Origin: the human T2T-CHM13v2.0 reference genome, Homo sapiens
Length of the DNA stretch: 64,000 bases
Direction: 5' to 3' (one strand)
NCBI RefSeq assembly: GCF_009914755.1
Contig: NC_060933.1
The stretch's first letter is position 1. Each line of letters begins with the position of its first letter. The position numbers and the translations under genes were made by a program. Under the pieces are notes generated by a model that made no database searches, was not told the origin of the DNA, and was given only the letters and a program-made list of their open reading frames with translations. Of the stretch, positions 1-13,351 are shown piece by piece.

Positions 1-3000
1 GGAGTGGAGCAATTACAAGTGAATTGAAGTTTTGTTGGACTCTTTTCCCTGGGGATGGGGGTGGGGAGAAAGTTTGGCAGAAATGAGCCTTAGTGTTCTC
101 AGAGTGAGTTTCAAGTTCTGGTTGACCTTCCTGCCGTTAACCTTCAGTCTTTTCTGAGGGCATTTGGGGTCTAGGAAGCCAGAGAGTCAGGGAAACAAAA
201 AGACAGTGCTGCTTGCTATCATGGATATTTTGCCATCAAGCTTGTCTCAGCTGGATGGCAACATGGCATTTTGGAAGGGGAGTGGCCTCTGGAATCACAG
301 ACCTGGGTTCAAATTTTGGCTCTGCCATTTACCACCACCATGACCTGGAAACTTACATCTCCAATCAGTTGACCACTACCTTACTTCTTTAAGGCTTCTT
401 TCCCTGGTTACCTGGTGCCCCAGTTCCCGTAGTCATTCTATCATGTTGCTCCTGCATTGTCCTCAGTTTCAAGCCCACTTCTCCTTTTGGTCAGTTGGCT
501 TTATCAAGATAATATATAGACATGCATTGTTTCACCTTTAACCCGACAACCCCCCAAATTCTATTGCCCAGACGGATATTCTTCCTTAGTTCTGGTCCTC
601 ATATCCAATTGTCTTGCCACTTTGCACTGACATATTGCATGATCTGAGCTAATCTTGCCTCATCTCTATGCAAAATGGGAAAGTTGAGTGAGATGGTCTC
701 TGAGCATATCCTTGCTCTGACCCTTTGTGGCAACTCCACTGTGATCATTTTTCTTCATTCATTCATCTCTTCTTAATTAGTTCACTTATAGTCTACCACA
801 ATCTCTGGACCCATCCACACAGCCTAGGTCTAAGAGCCCTTGTAGGAGTTTAAGTTTATTCAGACAATACTGGACACAGCAAGAACGGCTGCAGGGGTGA
901 ATCTTATCTTTAACTTTAACTAATCCCATCCTTTCTGACTATTCTTTCCCCAGGGAGGTGGAAGGGGAGAAAAAGAAACAAAAAACTACCTTTTGGGCAA
1001 AAGGAATGGAATGGCCAAGGCTACATTATATACAAGCCAAAAGAACAATTTCCATTGACCTTGAGGAATGTGTAAGGGCAAAGTCATAAGCCGAGTTTAA
1101 TTGATAATTTCACTGTCCATATGTGAAGAAAGAGCAATGAACCACAAGACTTGGGCTCAAGGCCCAGCTCTGCCTCTAACATGCTGCAGGACCTAGGATC
1201 AGTCCTTTCCTGTCTCCAGGACTCAATTTTCTTGCTATACAATGAAGGGATTGTACGGAGTGATTTACATGGACTAGCAGCTCTAAGGTTTGTAAGACTG
1301 TATTATAAACTTTGAAGAGAATGAGGGAAGGGTCCAAGGATTCTCCTTTGCAGCTTTCCTAGAAAACCATGTATCTTCCCCATGAAAGGAAGAATACAAA
1401 TAATGATGGTCAAATTTACTGAATGCCTATTATGTGCCACATACTAATGTCCATAGTTAAGAGTCAAACTAAGACCCAAAGCCAAAAGAAAGTATTGTAC
1501 CCAAGGCCACATAACTAGTAAGTGATGTAACTGAGACTTCAGATATCAAACTAACTCCAAGCCTGTGCTGAACACCGTTCTCTTCATCTACCCAGCCACT
1601 TTTTGTTGTTATTGTACCTTTGTTTGTTTATTCTTCCATTCACTCATGCTACCAATGTTCCCTAAGTACTTTCTCTGTGCACGAAACTGTGTAAACACCA
1701 GTAAGCATGAGAAAAGATCTATCAGGAAGTTCACAGTTGAGCAAAAGAAACAAGAAACCGTGATCAGGAGGTTTAGAAAAGTTATCTTTCTTTCCAAAGC
1801 ACCATTCTGATTATGTTTATGATCCTCAAAAGGCTTCAAAGGTTCCCCTTTTCCTACAGGATAAAGTCCAAGTAGCTTAGCCTGTTTTCTTATCCCTCTG
1901 AGATCTGGTCCCTGTCTTGTCTCCTCTCGACATCATTCATTCAACATTTGTTAAGTGCTGACTATGTGCCAGACACTGTACCAGAGTCTTGGAATGCAAT
2001 GCTGAGTGGCACAGACTTAGGCCCTGCTCTCCTGGAGCTTGCAGATATTAATCAAATTATCACACTGATACAGAATTAGGCAATCCTTTAAACTTCCAGT
2101 GGTCCAGCCCCACTTGATTCAGGATCCTTCCTTCCAGCAGAGGTTCCCAGCCCAGGAAGTACATAGTCATGCAGTTCTCCTTGGACTCTTTAGATAACCA
2201 GTTGATCTTTAATAAAGTGATTTGTCTAATTAATCAACCAGGAACATCTGCTTCTGAAGAGAGAACTTTTCTTGGATCCCATGAATAAATGTTTATTTTA
2301 TTTTAACATAGTTTTTCAACAACAGGTTAAAATTGCTGGCTACACACTACTATGGAATGCCATGATCTCCCTCCAGAGGAGTCTCTGCTTAAAGTTAATT
2401 GCTTATTACTTATGTTCCCAATTTAATCCTAAATTTCAAGAAGGCAGAGTTTTTGCCTATTCTTGCTCATCATCGAATACCCAGCACTTTGCCCAGTGCT
2501 AGGCACGCTGTTCTGTACATGTGCTGGTTAGGCATCCTTAACTACATAAAGCCTTAATTCAAAATGAGACTGTGGCAGACATAGATCCTTACCTTAAAAA
2601 AAAAAAAAAGTTTTCAGAAGGTGAAACAGAGCCTGAGAGGAAAAGCAACTTTCCAAAAGCCACAGAGAAAGTTGATAGCTTAATTGAAGTTGGAACCAAA
2701 GAGAACCAGAAGTCCTGAACTCCTGCTATACCACACCCACTCACACACCTTGAGTCTGAAATGGCAAGGAGGACAGGTCCTCAAAGCAAAAAGGTGCATA
2801 ACTCGAGGCAGACAGTCTCCCATCCCAAGCTTCTGTTGTACATGAATTTACATCAGAGAGTCACTGAGCCGACTCTTTTAGATGTAGAAGAGACCATCTT
2901 CATGGGAGAAACTCTTGCCTGCCCCCAAACAAGACCTCTGACTGAGGAATATATTCAATCACTCCCTCTAACCCAAACTCCCCAAAACACTATTTCCTAT

Positions 3001-3444
3001 TATGTCTCCATAACCAAATTCAACCCACCCAAATCTCAAGATTAGATCTGTGAGCTCACAAAGGCCTAATCACCCAATTAAGAGGAGGAAAACCTGATCC
3101 TTTCTAAACAAAGTGAAATGTGAGGTAACCCAGTTGCTGAGATTAAGTCTCACTCAGGAAGAAGCAAAGGAGCTAGGAGAGAATGGGTGGGTCATTCATT
3201 AAACGGAATTTTCCAGGAAATTTGAGTGATGTGTCTCCCCAGATCTCAGTGTTCCAGGCCCCAGAACAATGCTGGAGGCAAGGCCCTGGCTTTAGGAGGA
3301 CCATGGGGGTGAAGACAGCATTACTCTCCTTGCCCGAAATCCCTAGGTACTATCTAGGGGCATTCTGATCTCTCACTGGACAAATGGCCTGCTATCAATG
3401 ATGAACTTTATACTCAGGCCCAAAAAATTCCGAGAGAAAAGTGC

Positions 3445-4136
3445 TTAGAAAGATAAACTATAGCCCACTACCATCATTTCAATAGACTCAGAAAATTCAA
3501 CATCCATTTCAAATGGAAACAAAACAAAGCTTTTGCAGCAAACTAGAAATAGAAGATACCTCCTTCCATGTAATAAAGGGCATATACCATAAAAAAATAC
3601 AACTAGCATTATACTTAATGGTGAAAGACTAAACGTCTAAAATTAGAAAAAAGGCAAAGATGTCTGTTCTTACCACTTCTGTTCATATAGTACTAAAAGT
3701 CCTAGCTACAGCAATTAGACAAGTAATAAATAAATAAAAGTCATCCAAATTGGAAAGGAAGAAGTATAATTGTCTCTGTTTGCAGATGACATGATCATAC
3801 ATATAGAACACTTTAGGAAGAACTGAGTTTTCCAACACTGGAGGCATGTTACCAGTGCATGTTCAAGGGCATACAAAAATGTTAAAGAGAAAGCAAGACT
3901 AGATGATCTCTTAAGATCCTTCCAACTCTGATACAGAAGAGGTACTCCAAGACAAAGAATGGAGTATGCCAAATAAACGGTAGAGAGAATGAGTGAGTGC
4001 ACTATGTTGAGAAGGAAAAGACTTTGTGCTGAAAGGGTCAAGAAGCCTTTGTGGAAGAAGCAACACTTGAGTAGTTTTGATCTAGACTATGGTCTATAAG
4101 AACAAGCACTGTGCTGGGCATAAGACTGACCTGGTT
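3445..4136 (+). repeat. ~690-bp local direct duplication of 31067-31182 + 34907-35506 (old L1M ORF2 fragment plus L3/CR1-like and unique flank)
   Basis: Colinear near-identical blocks, e.g. AATGGAAACAAAACA, GAGAGAATGAGTGAGTGCACTATGTTGAGA and GTCTATAAGAACAAGCACTGTGCTGGGCATAAGAC, occur in both places. Confidence 0.9.
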
Positions 4137-4174
4137 TTATATATATATAAAAATTATCTGGTTCAGGAATTGAA

Positions 4175-4405
4175 AGACAGTTTGGCATACCGTTAAGGGC
4201 AAGGACTCAGATAGACCTGGATTCAAATCCCAATTCTGCCTTAGACAAGTGATTTCTCCTGACAGAGCATCAATTTTCTCCTCTTCAATATGAGAATAAC
4301 AACTTCTAGCTTATAGAATTGCTGGAAGAATTTGTGAAAATGTATTTGATGTTCCCAGTAGAGTGCCTGTCATACAGATGTGTGCAGTATGTAAATGGTA
4401 GTGAT
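4175..4405 (+). mobile_element. MIR SINE (representative of many MIR/MIR3 fragments in the window)
   Basis: Core motif agacctggattcaaatcccaattctgcc…gacaagtgatttctcctgacagagcatcaattttctcctcttcaatatgagaataac. Confidence 0.7.
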
Positions 4406-4469
4406 TACTCTGAGAAGGTGTTTGGACTTTGGTTAATTACTTACTGATTTCTGGAATGAGACCTTTATG

Positions 4470-5826
4470 ACTGATACAAAAATGGACACATAAACCAATG
4501 GAACAGAATAGAGAACTCATAAATAAAACCATACACCCAAGCCATCTGGTCTTCTACAAAGTTGACAAAAGTAAGAAATGAAGAAAGGACTCCTTATTCA
4601 GTAAATGGTGCTGGGATAGCTGGCTAGCCACATGCAGAAGAATAAAACTGGGCCCTTACCTTTCACCATATACAAAAATTAACTCAAGATGGATTAAAGA
4701 TTTAAATTTAAGTCCTCCAACTATAAGAATCCTAGAAGAAAACCTATAAAACACCATTCTCAATGTCAGCCTTGGGAAAGAATTTATGATTAAGTCTTCA
4801 AATGCAGCTGCAACAAAAACAAAAATTGACAGTGGGATCTAATTAAAGAGCTTTCGCACAGCAAAAGAAATTATCAATAAACAGACAACCTACAGAATGA
4901 AAGAAAATATTCAAACTATGCATCCAACAGAAGTCTAATATTCAGACTCTGTAAGAAACTTAATAAGCAAAAAACAAATAACTCCAATAAAAAAATGGGC
5001 AAAAGACATTAACAGACACTTCTGAAAAGAAGACACTCAAGCAGCCAATAAACATGAAAAACTGCTCCACATTACTAGTCATCAGAGAAACAGAAATCAA
5101 AACCACAATTGCGTGCTATCTCACACTAGTCAGAATGGCTATTATCAAAAAGTCAAAAAACAACAGATGCTGATGAGGCTGTACAGAAAGGGGAACACTT
5201 ATTCACTGTTGGTGAGAATGTAAATTGGTTAAGCCACTGTGGAAAGTAGTTTGGAGATTTCTCAAAGAACTTAGAATTATCATTCAACCCAGCAATCCCA
5301 TTACTGGGTATATATCCAAAAGAAAATAAATCCTTCTACAAAAAAGACATCTATGTTTCTGTGTTCATTGGAGCACTATTCACAATAACAAAGACATGGA
5401 ATCAACCTAGGTGCCCATCAACAGTGGACTGGATAAAGAAAATGTAGTACATACACACCACAGAATACTACACAGCCTTAAAAAAGAATGAACTCATGTT
5501 CTTTGCAGCATCATAGATGCAGCTGGAGGCGATTATCCTAAGCAAATTAATGCAGGAACAGGAAACTAAATATTTGTGTTCTCACTTATAAGTGGGAGCT
5601 TAACATTGAGTACCCATGGGCATAAAGATAGCAACAATAGACACTGGGCACTATAGGAAGGGGGAGGGAGGGAGAGATCCGGCTCAAAAACTACCTATTG
5701 GGTACTATGCTCACTACCTGGGTGATGGAATCATTCATATCCCAAACCTCAGCATCATGTAGTAGAGCTATGTAATAAACCTGAACATGTACCCCTTGAA
5801 TCCAAAAATCTAAAATACCAGTTGAA

Positions 5827-5882
<56 letters not shown>

Positions 5883-5895
5883 ATGTATATATAAT
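4470..5895 (+). mobile_element. 5'-truncated L1 (L1PA15/16-like): ORF2 3' part plus 3'UTR
   Basis: ORF2 3' motifs and 3'UTR ctacctattgggtactatgctcactacctgggtgatgg. TSD aatgagac/tctttatg at 4455-4469 and 5907-5921. Confidence 0.88.
5830..5880. repeat. (CA)25 microsatellite in the L1 tail
   Basis: Direct read. Confidence 0.98.
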
Positions 5896-6064
5896 AATGA
5901 GATCTTAATGAGATCTTTATGGACAAAATCCTGACAGTGACTTTGAGTTTAGAGAGGAGCCACGCTCTCAAGTTGAAGATTCTGCTAACTCATCAGCAAC
6001 TGCTCATCTACAGAGGCCACCAATTCCCATCTGGAGAAATCTGCTTTCCTAAAATCAACAATTA

Positions 6065-6403
<339 letters not shown>

Positions 6404-9041
6404 TCAGATCTCAGGCAATCTTATGAGAGACCCATTCTTTGATGTGGAGGGTTACCAAGAAGGATCTTGGTATGGACTCAGGGTTAGACAACCTATGGTC
6501 ACTTCTGCTGGTAGTGAGCCATGTGATTTATTTTAGGCTACCCACACTACCATTCTCAGGTTTTAGTTTTCCCATTTATATAGTAGGGATAATGATATAA
6601 GCTTCCAGGACTTGCTGTGATTACTCCAAATCCTTGTAGAGTAACTGGTTGACAGCAGGAGCAAGAATCCTTAGTGGTTACATCCCAACTGCACTTCTTA
6701 CTAGTTATATGTCCTTGGTTAAGTCACTGTCCCCTTCTGAGCTTCTATTGACATATCTGGAAAATGAGTCCAAGGATACACCACATTATAGGACTGTTGT
6801 AGGCAACTGGATGAGACTATGTATAAAATAGTTTATAAAGTAGAATACATTACTGAAAGGCAGGAGATGCTCATTTCTATGCCCAGGCCCTTTGAGAGAA
6901 GCATTCCAGTATCTCCTTATTATTCTTCCAGTCTTAAAGGGATTGTACTTCCATGTAGAGAAGAGTCTGAAAGCCCCATTTCAATGTCTGCTCTGTGAAA
7001 AGGTTACCAGTATTTTTTATTGTCATTTAGAGTGACCTGAGGGGAAATTGGCCAGACTTCTCTCCTAGGTCTACAGTGTTACTACAAAACTGAAACTCCA
7101 CCCAGAAACCTGAGCCAGCTGGAGAATGAGGCACTGGGCATGAAACATGCCAAAAATATCTACCCGCTGCTTTCCAGGATCCCAAATGACACTGGTCATT
7201 GAAAACCCATCCCTCTAACCCAAAGGGAAAAATTCAGCTCTGCTTAAGAAGAACTTAATGCCCAATATTAATGTTAAAATCCAAAAAGGTCCTTCCAAAA
7301 TTCTGACCTTCTATTGAAAGACATGTTTTTGTTTCACTGTCTCTTGGAAAATACTTTAGCAGCACATTTCAGAGTTACAAAATGGAGCAGATTGACAGAC
7401 CTGGGAACCGATAGTCTGTTTATTCACTGAGCAGTGACAGTGGGGTCATAGCAACAGACAAAAGGATGATCATGCCAGGGCTTCTGAAGCAAAGATATCT
7501 AAGAACCTGAAGTCTTAATGGGTCCTGGGGTGGGAATTAGGATAGGCTTTGAAACTATGATGAGTTAAAACTGGAAACCACTTGATCTTGGATATGTTAC
7601 TTAATCTGTCATAATAATAGTGTCTTCATCAATAAAATGGGATGATACACTTCCTATTATATAGCTGTAGAATATTATTATGCTGGAACGCTCAAGAAAT
7701 GGTAGTTTTTTTTCTCTGACACCTATTCACACTGATTTTTTAAAATTGAAGAATGCCACTTACATACAGATCTTAAGTGCATAGTTCATACTTCAACGTT
7801 TTTGAAAAATGGCTGGATTATCCACTTTTATATGGGTAGCTGACCCACATCTTAGCAACACAGACAAGGTAAATAAAGAAAAAGAGGTTATCCCTCTGGG
7901 ATCTAAGAAATACAGACCTATAAGGAAACAGACATGAACTGATCCAAAAAATTTCTCTTTTTCTTTCAGTGTAAATTGAGGTCAAGAATTGACTTGGGGA
8001 GGAAGATTTGGAGAAAGGTCATATAATTCTACAGTTACAGAAATAATCCCAATAATTAGCAAATACGTATTCAGTGTTTAATATGTCCAACAAGGATAAC
8101 TCTCCCCACTAAATTATTTATCATCAAACATTTCCAGGGGGGTGTGGTCACAGGGAACCTTCTGGCTGTAGTTCAACATACTGGTTGCATTAAGAAAGGT
8201 AGGAGGAATGAAAGAGAGCTGAAAGGAGAAATAGATTGCAATTAAAGATGTATTACTTTTAAAAGTGCCAAGCATATTGGACACATAGTTAACAGAAATT
8301 CATGAAATAATTGCTGAATGAATGAATGATCATGTAGACAACTTCAAAATGGAGTACAAACATTTACTTTGATGAATCGCTCTCTTGGTCTCTCATGTGC
8401 AGTGTTGATATGTATAGTGTCCCTCTCAGAACTAACCTTTCTCCCTTTGGATTGTAAAAGAATTCCAGGAGTTTCTTAATCAAGGTTCCTAATGAGTTGT
8501 GGAGAGAGAAGGGAGAAATGCAACAGGTCTTCGTTTTTTTCTGTGCCTGTAATTCCTGCCACTGCCACATGATGTCACTATTGAAAACAAAGATTCTGCA
8601 TGGCTCTGTGTCAAGTCATGGTGGAGGCGAAGGGAATAGAAAGGAGCCTTAAACAGATTACAGTGTTTCTCCAGTAGAGGGCAATCCCACTCCCTCAGTG
8701 ACAACAGGCTCAAGCTTAGACTCCCAAGCCTCCAACTCTTTAGTTTTATGTTTCATTCCTCATTCTCAGGTCATGCCTACTGTGGCAAAGTGGCTGTACA
8801 TACTGTGGCTTTGAGCCTGTCATACCAATCAGACATCTTCCTCCCTCATGATAAGTCCCCCTAGATGTTGGGACAATTTTAACCCACTGTAGAGTTTCTA
8901 CACTTCACATGAAGAAGATCAGAACCTTCCACCCATTTATTCCCAGGAGTTCCTAGATTTATAATCAAATTTTCACAGCCACTCCACAGGGGCATCTGGG
9001 CTATGCATACTCACTGAGGTGGTCATTGAGGGGTAGCCTAC

Positions 9042-10503
9042 TAATGGCAGTGGCAGCCCATATGAAGCGGCCACTGCAAAGACACCGGCTGCAGCAGGGG
9101 AGATGCAGCAGGGGCTGAGTGCTCCATGGAGCTGGCAGGAGCTAGGAACAGGTAGAAGCCCCACCCACTTCCAAGTTGGAGGAGCGGGAGCCCCACCCTC
9201 CGAGGCACAGTGTGGCCACACAGTTGCAGCTGTGGATCCAGGCATTCCTGCAGTCTCAGGGACCTGGGGATCACCCCCTTCCCCCACAGGCTCAGAAATA
9301 CCTGCTCCCACTGCCTGGCCTCTCCCCGCTTCAAGCAGCCCCTCCAATTTCAGATCAAAGTTGAGGTTGGGCCCAGGCACTGTTGTGACCTGGCTGGGTG
9401 CATGTGAGCTCAGGGCAGTGCTGACATGCCAGCCCCCTGTTGCCTTGGCCCTCTCAAGACTTTGGGTGCCAATAAGCACGGGAAAGGGGCTGGGACAGCT
9501 CTGCACAGGCCAGCAGGCACCCCTCAGTATGAACAACCTGGTGCCAGGGATGGCAGGTTGACGGCAGCAGGAGGCAGAGAGTTTCCTGTGTGGAAAGGGG
9601 CAGGTCCCCAGTGCAGCCCCACCTTCAGGCCTGGGATGGCCTGAACCCTGGGGGCTGGGCTGCCAGATCTATGGACCAGAGTGAGAACTTACAGTGATTT
9701 TTCCAGACTTGACCATGGACACCTATGGACAAATCAGTATACAGTTCCTCCTCCCTGAAGCCCATAAAAACTCCGGACTCAGCCAGACTCAGATAGATGT
9801 CAGGACTATCAGCTGCAGGATTGAGCTACCCAGGAAGGAGCTTTGGTCTCCTCGACTGGCCCATGGAAAGCAGTGACCCATTGTAGGTCTCCTCTCTGCT
9901 GAGAGCTAGAGAGCTGGACACTCATCAGGATGACCTGCCTTCAGAAAGGAGCTACCCACTTCAAGTCTCCTGAGGGCTGTTCTGTCACTCAATGAAGCTC
10001 CTCTTTGCCGTGCTCACCCTTCACTTGTCTGTGTACCTTATTTTTCCTGGAAGCAGGACAAGAACTCGAGACTTGCCAAATGGCAGGGCTGAAAAAGCTC
10101 TAACACAAACAGGGTTGAAAGACACCCCTTGCTCACCACATTGCAGGCAATGAGGAGAGAAGAGCTGCAGCAGTTCAGGGAGCTCAGACCTAGGAGCTCC
10201 CTGAGCCAGGGCCATGACGCCCTCTTTGGGGCTCTGGTATCTCCAAGCTTCCAGATGCCACCATGTTCCCTGGTGCCAGCCATGGAAGCTGCTTGTGGTA
10301 CATCTGGTCCAGCTGTAGCCTCACAGGGAGCTGGCACCCATGCCGGAACCTGGAGCCACCTGCCCTTCTGCAGCCAGAGTGCCTGACTATGTGCAGTAGC
10401 TGCACCCCACACCCACTAGCTCACACACCCCTCACCACTCCATGGCTGGCTTGCCCTTGGCAGGCATGGGATCCAGGCTGGTAGCATAAGCCAAGTGCAG
10501 CCT
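9042..10503 (+). mobile_element. MER52A-like ERV1 solo LTR, slightly 3'-truncated
   Basis: GC-rich, CpG-decayed block starting taatggcagtggcagccc…, with MER52-type gagctacccac repeats. The match stops before the consensus end (recall). Confidence 0.8.
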
Positions 10504-10584
10504 CAAGCTAATTTGCTACCTCTAGATATAAAAACATCTATCAGCTTTTTAAATGGCAGCTACTCCTAAGAACAAGAGAAATAA

Positions 10585-10940
10585 TAATAACTATGACTCT
10601 ACCCAACAATATGAATGGATCCTGTAGTGTGATAAGCATGGGAAGCTAGAAAAAAACAGAATGCATATTGGATAACTTTTTTAATGCATAAAGTTTGAAA
10701 ACAGGCAAAAGTAATCTCTTTATGGCATTAGAAGTAAGGATAGTGTTTTAACCTTCAGGAAGAGGCTATAACTGAATGGGAGCACAAAGTGGGCTCTGTG
10801 AAGCTGGTAATTTGTTTCTTGATTTGGGTACTGGTTATATGGCTGTGTTCACTTCCTAAAATTACATCCATATATGTACTTATGATACGTGCATTTTTAT
10901 GTGGGAATGTTATACTTCCATAGAAATTTCAAAAATAAAT
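10585..10940 (+). mobile_element. L1ME-type 3' end
   Basis: aaaacaggcaaaagtaatc…ttagaagtaaggatagtg…ttcttgatttgggtactggttatatgg…tgttatacttc. Confidence 0.7.
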
Positions 10941-10983
10941 GAAGACATTCTGCCACAAATAAATGAAAGAAGAGATAATAGTG

Positions 10984-11703
10984 CAGCTGGCCCTCAGTAT
11001 CTATGGGGAATTGGTTCCAGGTACCCCCTTGGATATCAAAATTTGCAGTGGCTCAAGTCTCATATATAAAATGGCATAGTATTTGCATATAGCCTATGCA
11101 CATCCTCCCTTAAATTTTAAATCATCTCTAGATTACTTATAAAACCTAATACAATGTCTACAATCACTTCATTCATGTGGATTTAACATAGTACCAGTGT
11201 ATTAGTCCATTCTTGCGTTGCTATAAAGAAATAACTGAGAATGGACAATTTATAAAGAAAAGAGGTTTAATTGGTTCACAGTTCCACAGCCATGAAGCGT
11301 GGCTGAGGAGGCCTCAGGAAACTTACAATCATGGGCAGAAGATGAAGGGGAAGCAGGCACATCTTACATGGTTGGAGCAGGAGGGAGAGAGAAGGGGGAG
11401 GTGCTACACACTTTTAAACAGCCAGATCTCAGGATAACTCACTCAGTATCACAAGAACAGCCACAAAGGGGAAATGCTCCCCCAAAGATCCAATCACCTT
11501 CCACCAGCCCTCGCCTCCAACAGTAGGGATTACAATTTTACATGAGATTTGGGTGAGGACACAGACCCAAACCATATCAACTGGGCATACAGCAAATTCA
11601 AGTTTTGCTTTTTAAAACTTTGTGGAAAATGTTTTCAAGTATTTTCCATTTGAGCTTGGTTGCATTCATGAATGCAAAACTCACAGATACAGAGGGGTGA
11701 CTA
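10984..11703 (+). mobile_element. MER2(B)-like Tigger-derived DNA element, split by an MSTA LTR
   Basis: TIR-like ends cagctggccctcagtatc and gatacagaggggtgacta. Internal catctctagattacttataaaacctaatacaatg. Confidence 0.8.
11198..11579 (-). mobile_element. MSTA-like MaLR solo LTR
   Basis: Termini tgtattagtccattc…cccaaaccatatca. 5-bp flanks accag and actgg. Confidence 0.88.
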
Positions 11704-12954
11704 TATGCATTTAATATCCCTAAAGGCTGAAAGTCATACAACCTTAGAGATAGAAAGCTCTCAAAGATGACTGAATTCAACCACTTCACTTCACAGATAC
11801 AGAAACTGAGGCCCATAGATGGGAATCTCAAGATCACAAAGGGATTCAGCATTAGAAGCAAGTCTCCTACAACCCGTTCATGGATCTTTTCCCTTCATAA
11901 TGTTGCCTTCCTTCTCCCAGTGATAAAGGTGAGATGTGGATGAAGTCTAACAATGAGCTGTGCATCAGAATGTCATGGTCTAAAATTTTTCAGGCAATGA
12001 TTAACATTAATATCTGCCTTGCAAATGGACTCAGCAGCTGGGACAAGGCAGATGTGGCAACACAAATATGTTGCCCATGACACATGAATTGGAAGAGTGG
12101 GGTGGAGGCAGCTCTTGAGTGAAGGAACAAAAGAAAAGCCTGTCTGTCTGGAATGCAATGGGAATGAAGATTCCAAGGAGGTCATTTAGGGAGAAGCAGT
12201 GCCTGAACCCCAGACAAGGCTGGGTGCGGTAACATCTGTGCTTTTGCAAGGGAAATAAAAGGGAATCTGCTTCCCTGCCTGAAGGGATGATATATGGGCT
12301 TCTGAGGCACTGGGCGTGGGCCGAAGGCATGATACAGGGCTTGATGGATGAAGGCTGAGGTAACTCAGTAGGCCACACATTAATAAAAATTATCAAACTG
12401 TCCCAGTTGGTGGAGTAGAATGCTAATGCCATTCTCCACATGTATGTTAAAGGAAGAGAATGTCTGAAGGGAGGTAACCTGCTTTTTATCTTTACCTTCA
12501 TTTCACTTGTCCAAATTATATCCTCTGTTCTGCTGCCAAGATCCTACGCAAGCCAAGTCTGGCAGAGCCTACTCTATACTACAACCACCTGTGATAGTTC
12601 ACCTGCATCTAGCCATTCTTAACTGAGAATGAGAAGTGTATTCTAATCACAACTTAGCCCCATAAACAACTTTCATCACTCTCAAGTGCCCAAAGAATCA
12701 ACTTCAGATATCATAACCTAGCCTTCAAGGCTTTCATCCGCTTGACCATGAATTCCAGTCTTGCTCATTCTATACTTCTCCAGACACCTTTCATTTCCAT
12801 CTTCATGATTTTCTTGCTTTATGCTCTTCCATCTGTCTGAATTTCCTCTTACTTGTTCTCTATTATTGAAATCCCTTCCATCCTTCCAGGTTGAGATGAA
12901 AGCCCACTTTATTCACAAAGGCCGCACATCCTTAGCCTCTGATTTCAGCCTCAA

Positions 12955-13351
12955 TTGCAATGGACAGTTCCAATGTGAGTTCAAACTCACTTTGCGCTGC
13001 CCCAAGACCTACCTCCTTGAATATATGCCAGGTATATCTTTGCACTTCCTGCCCCAAGGCCTTCAATGATGCCGTGGGACCTCTCTCAGCTCATATGAGC
13101 AAGTATAGCCTAGAAGTTTAAGAAACATCAATCTTTAAACAATTGAGATAGGGAGCTAGAGAAGACATAATCTAGCTTTGCATCTTTAAGCCAGCAAGAG
13201 CCTCAATACATCAATAGTAATCTTGTGAACACATCCCTGTACTGGCTTTTTCCCCTTCTGGGTCCTGTTCATGATCCTTCATAACTGTTTCCTATGGATA
13301 CCTACCTAATCTGTGCTCAAGCTCTGTTTTAGGGTTATCAAAACAAAAACA
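12955..13351 (+). mobile_element. LTR16-like (ERVL) old LTR
   Basis: Degenerate: gcacttcctgccccaaggcctt…, ending ctcaagctctgttttagggttatcaaaacaaaaaca. Confidence 0.5.

Noticed and set aside
8973-10484. Cluster of overlapping ORFs up to 187 aa
   Set aside because: They lie in a GC-rich MER52 LTR on both strands, with no recognisable protein or splice context. Stop-poor composition explains them.
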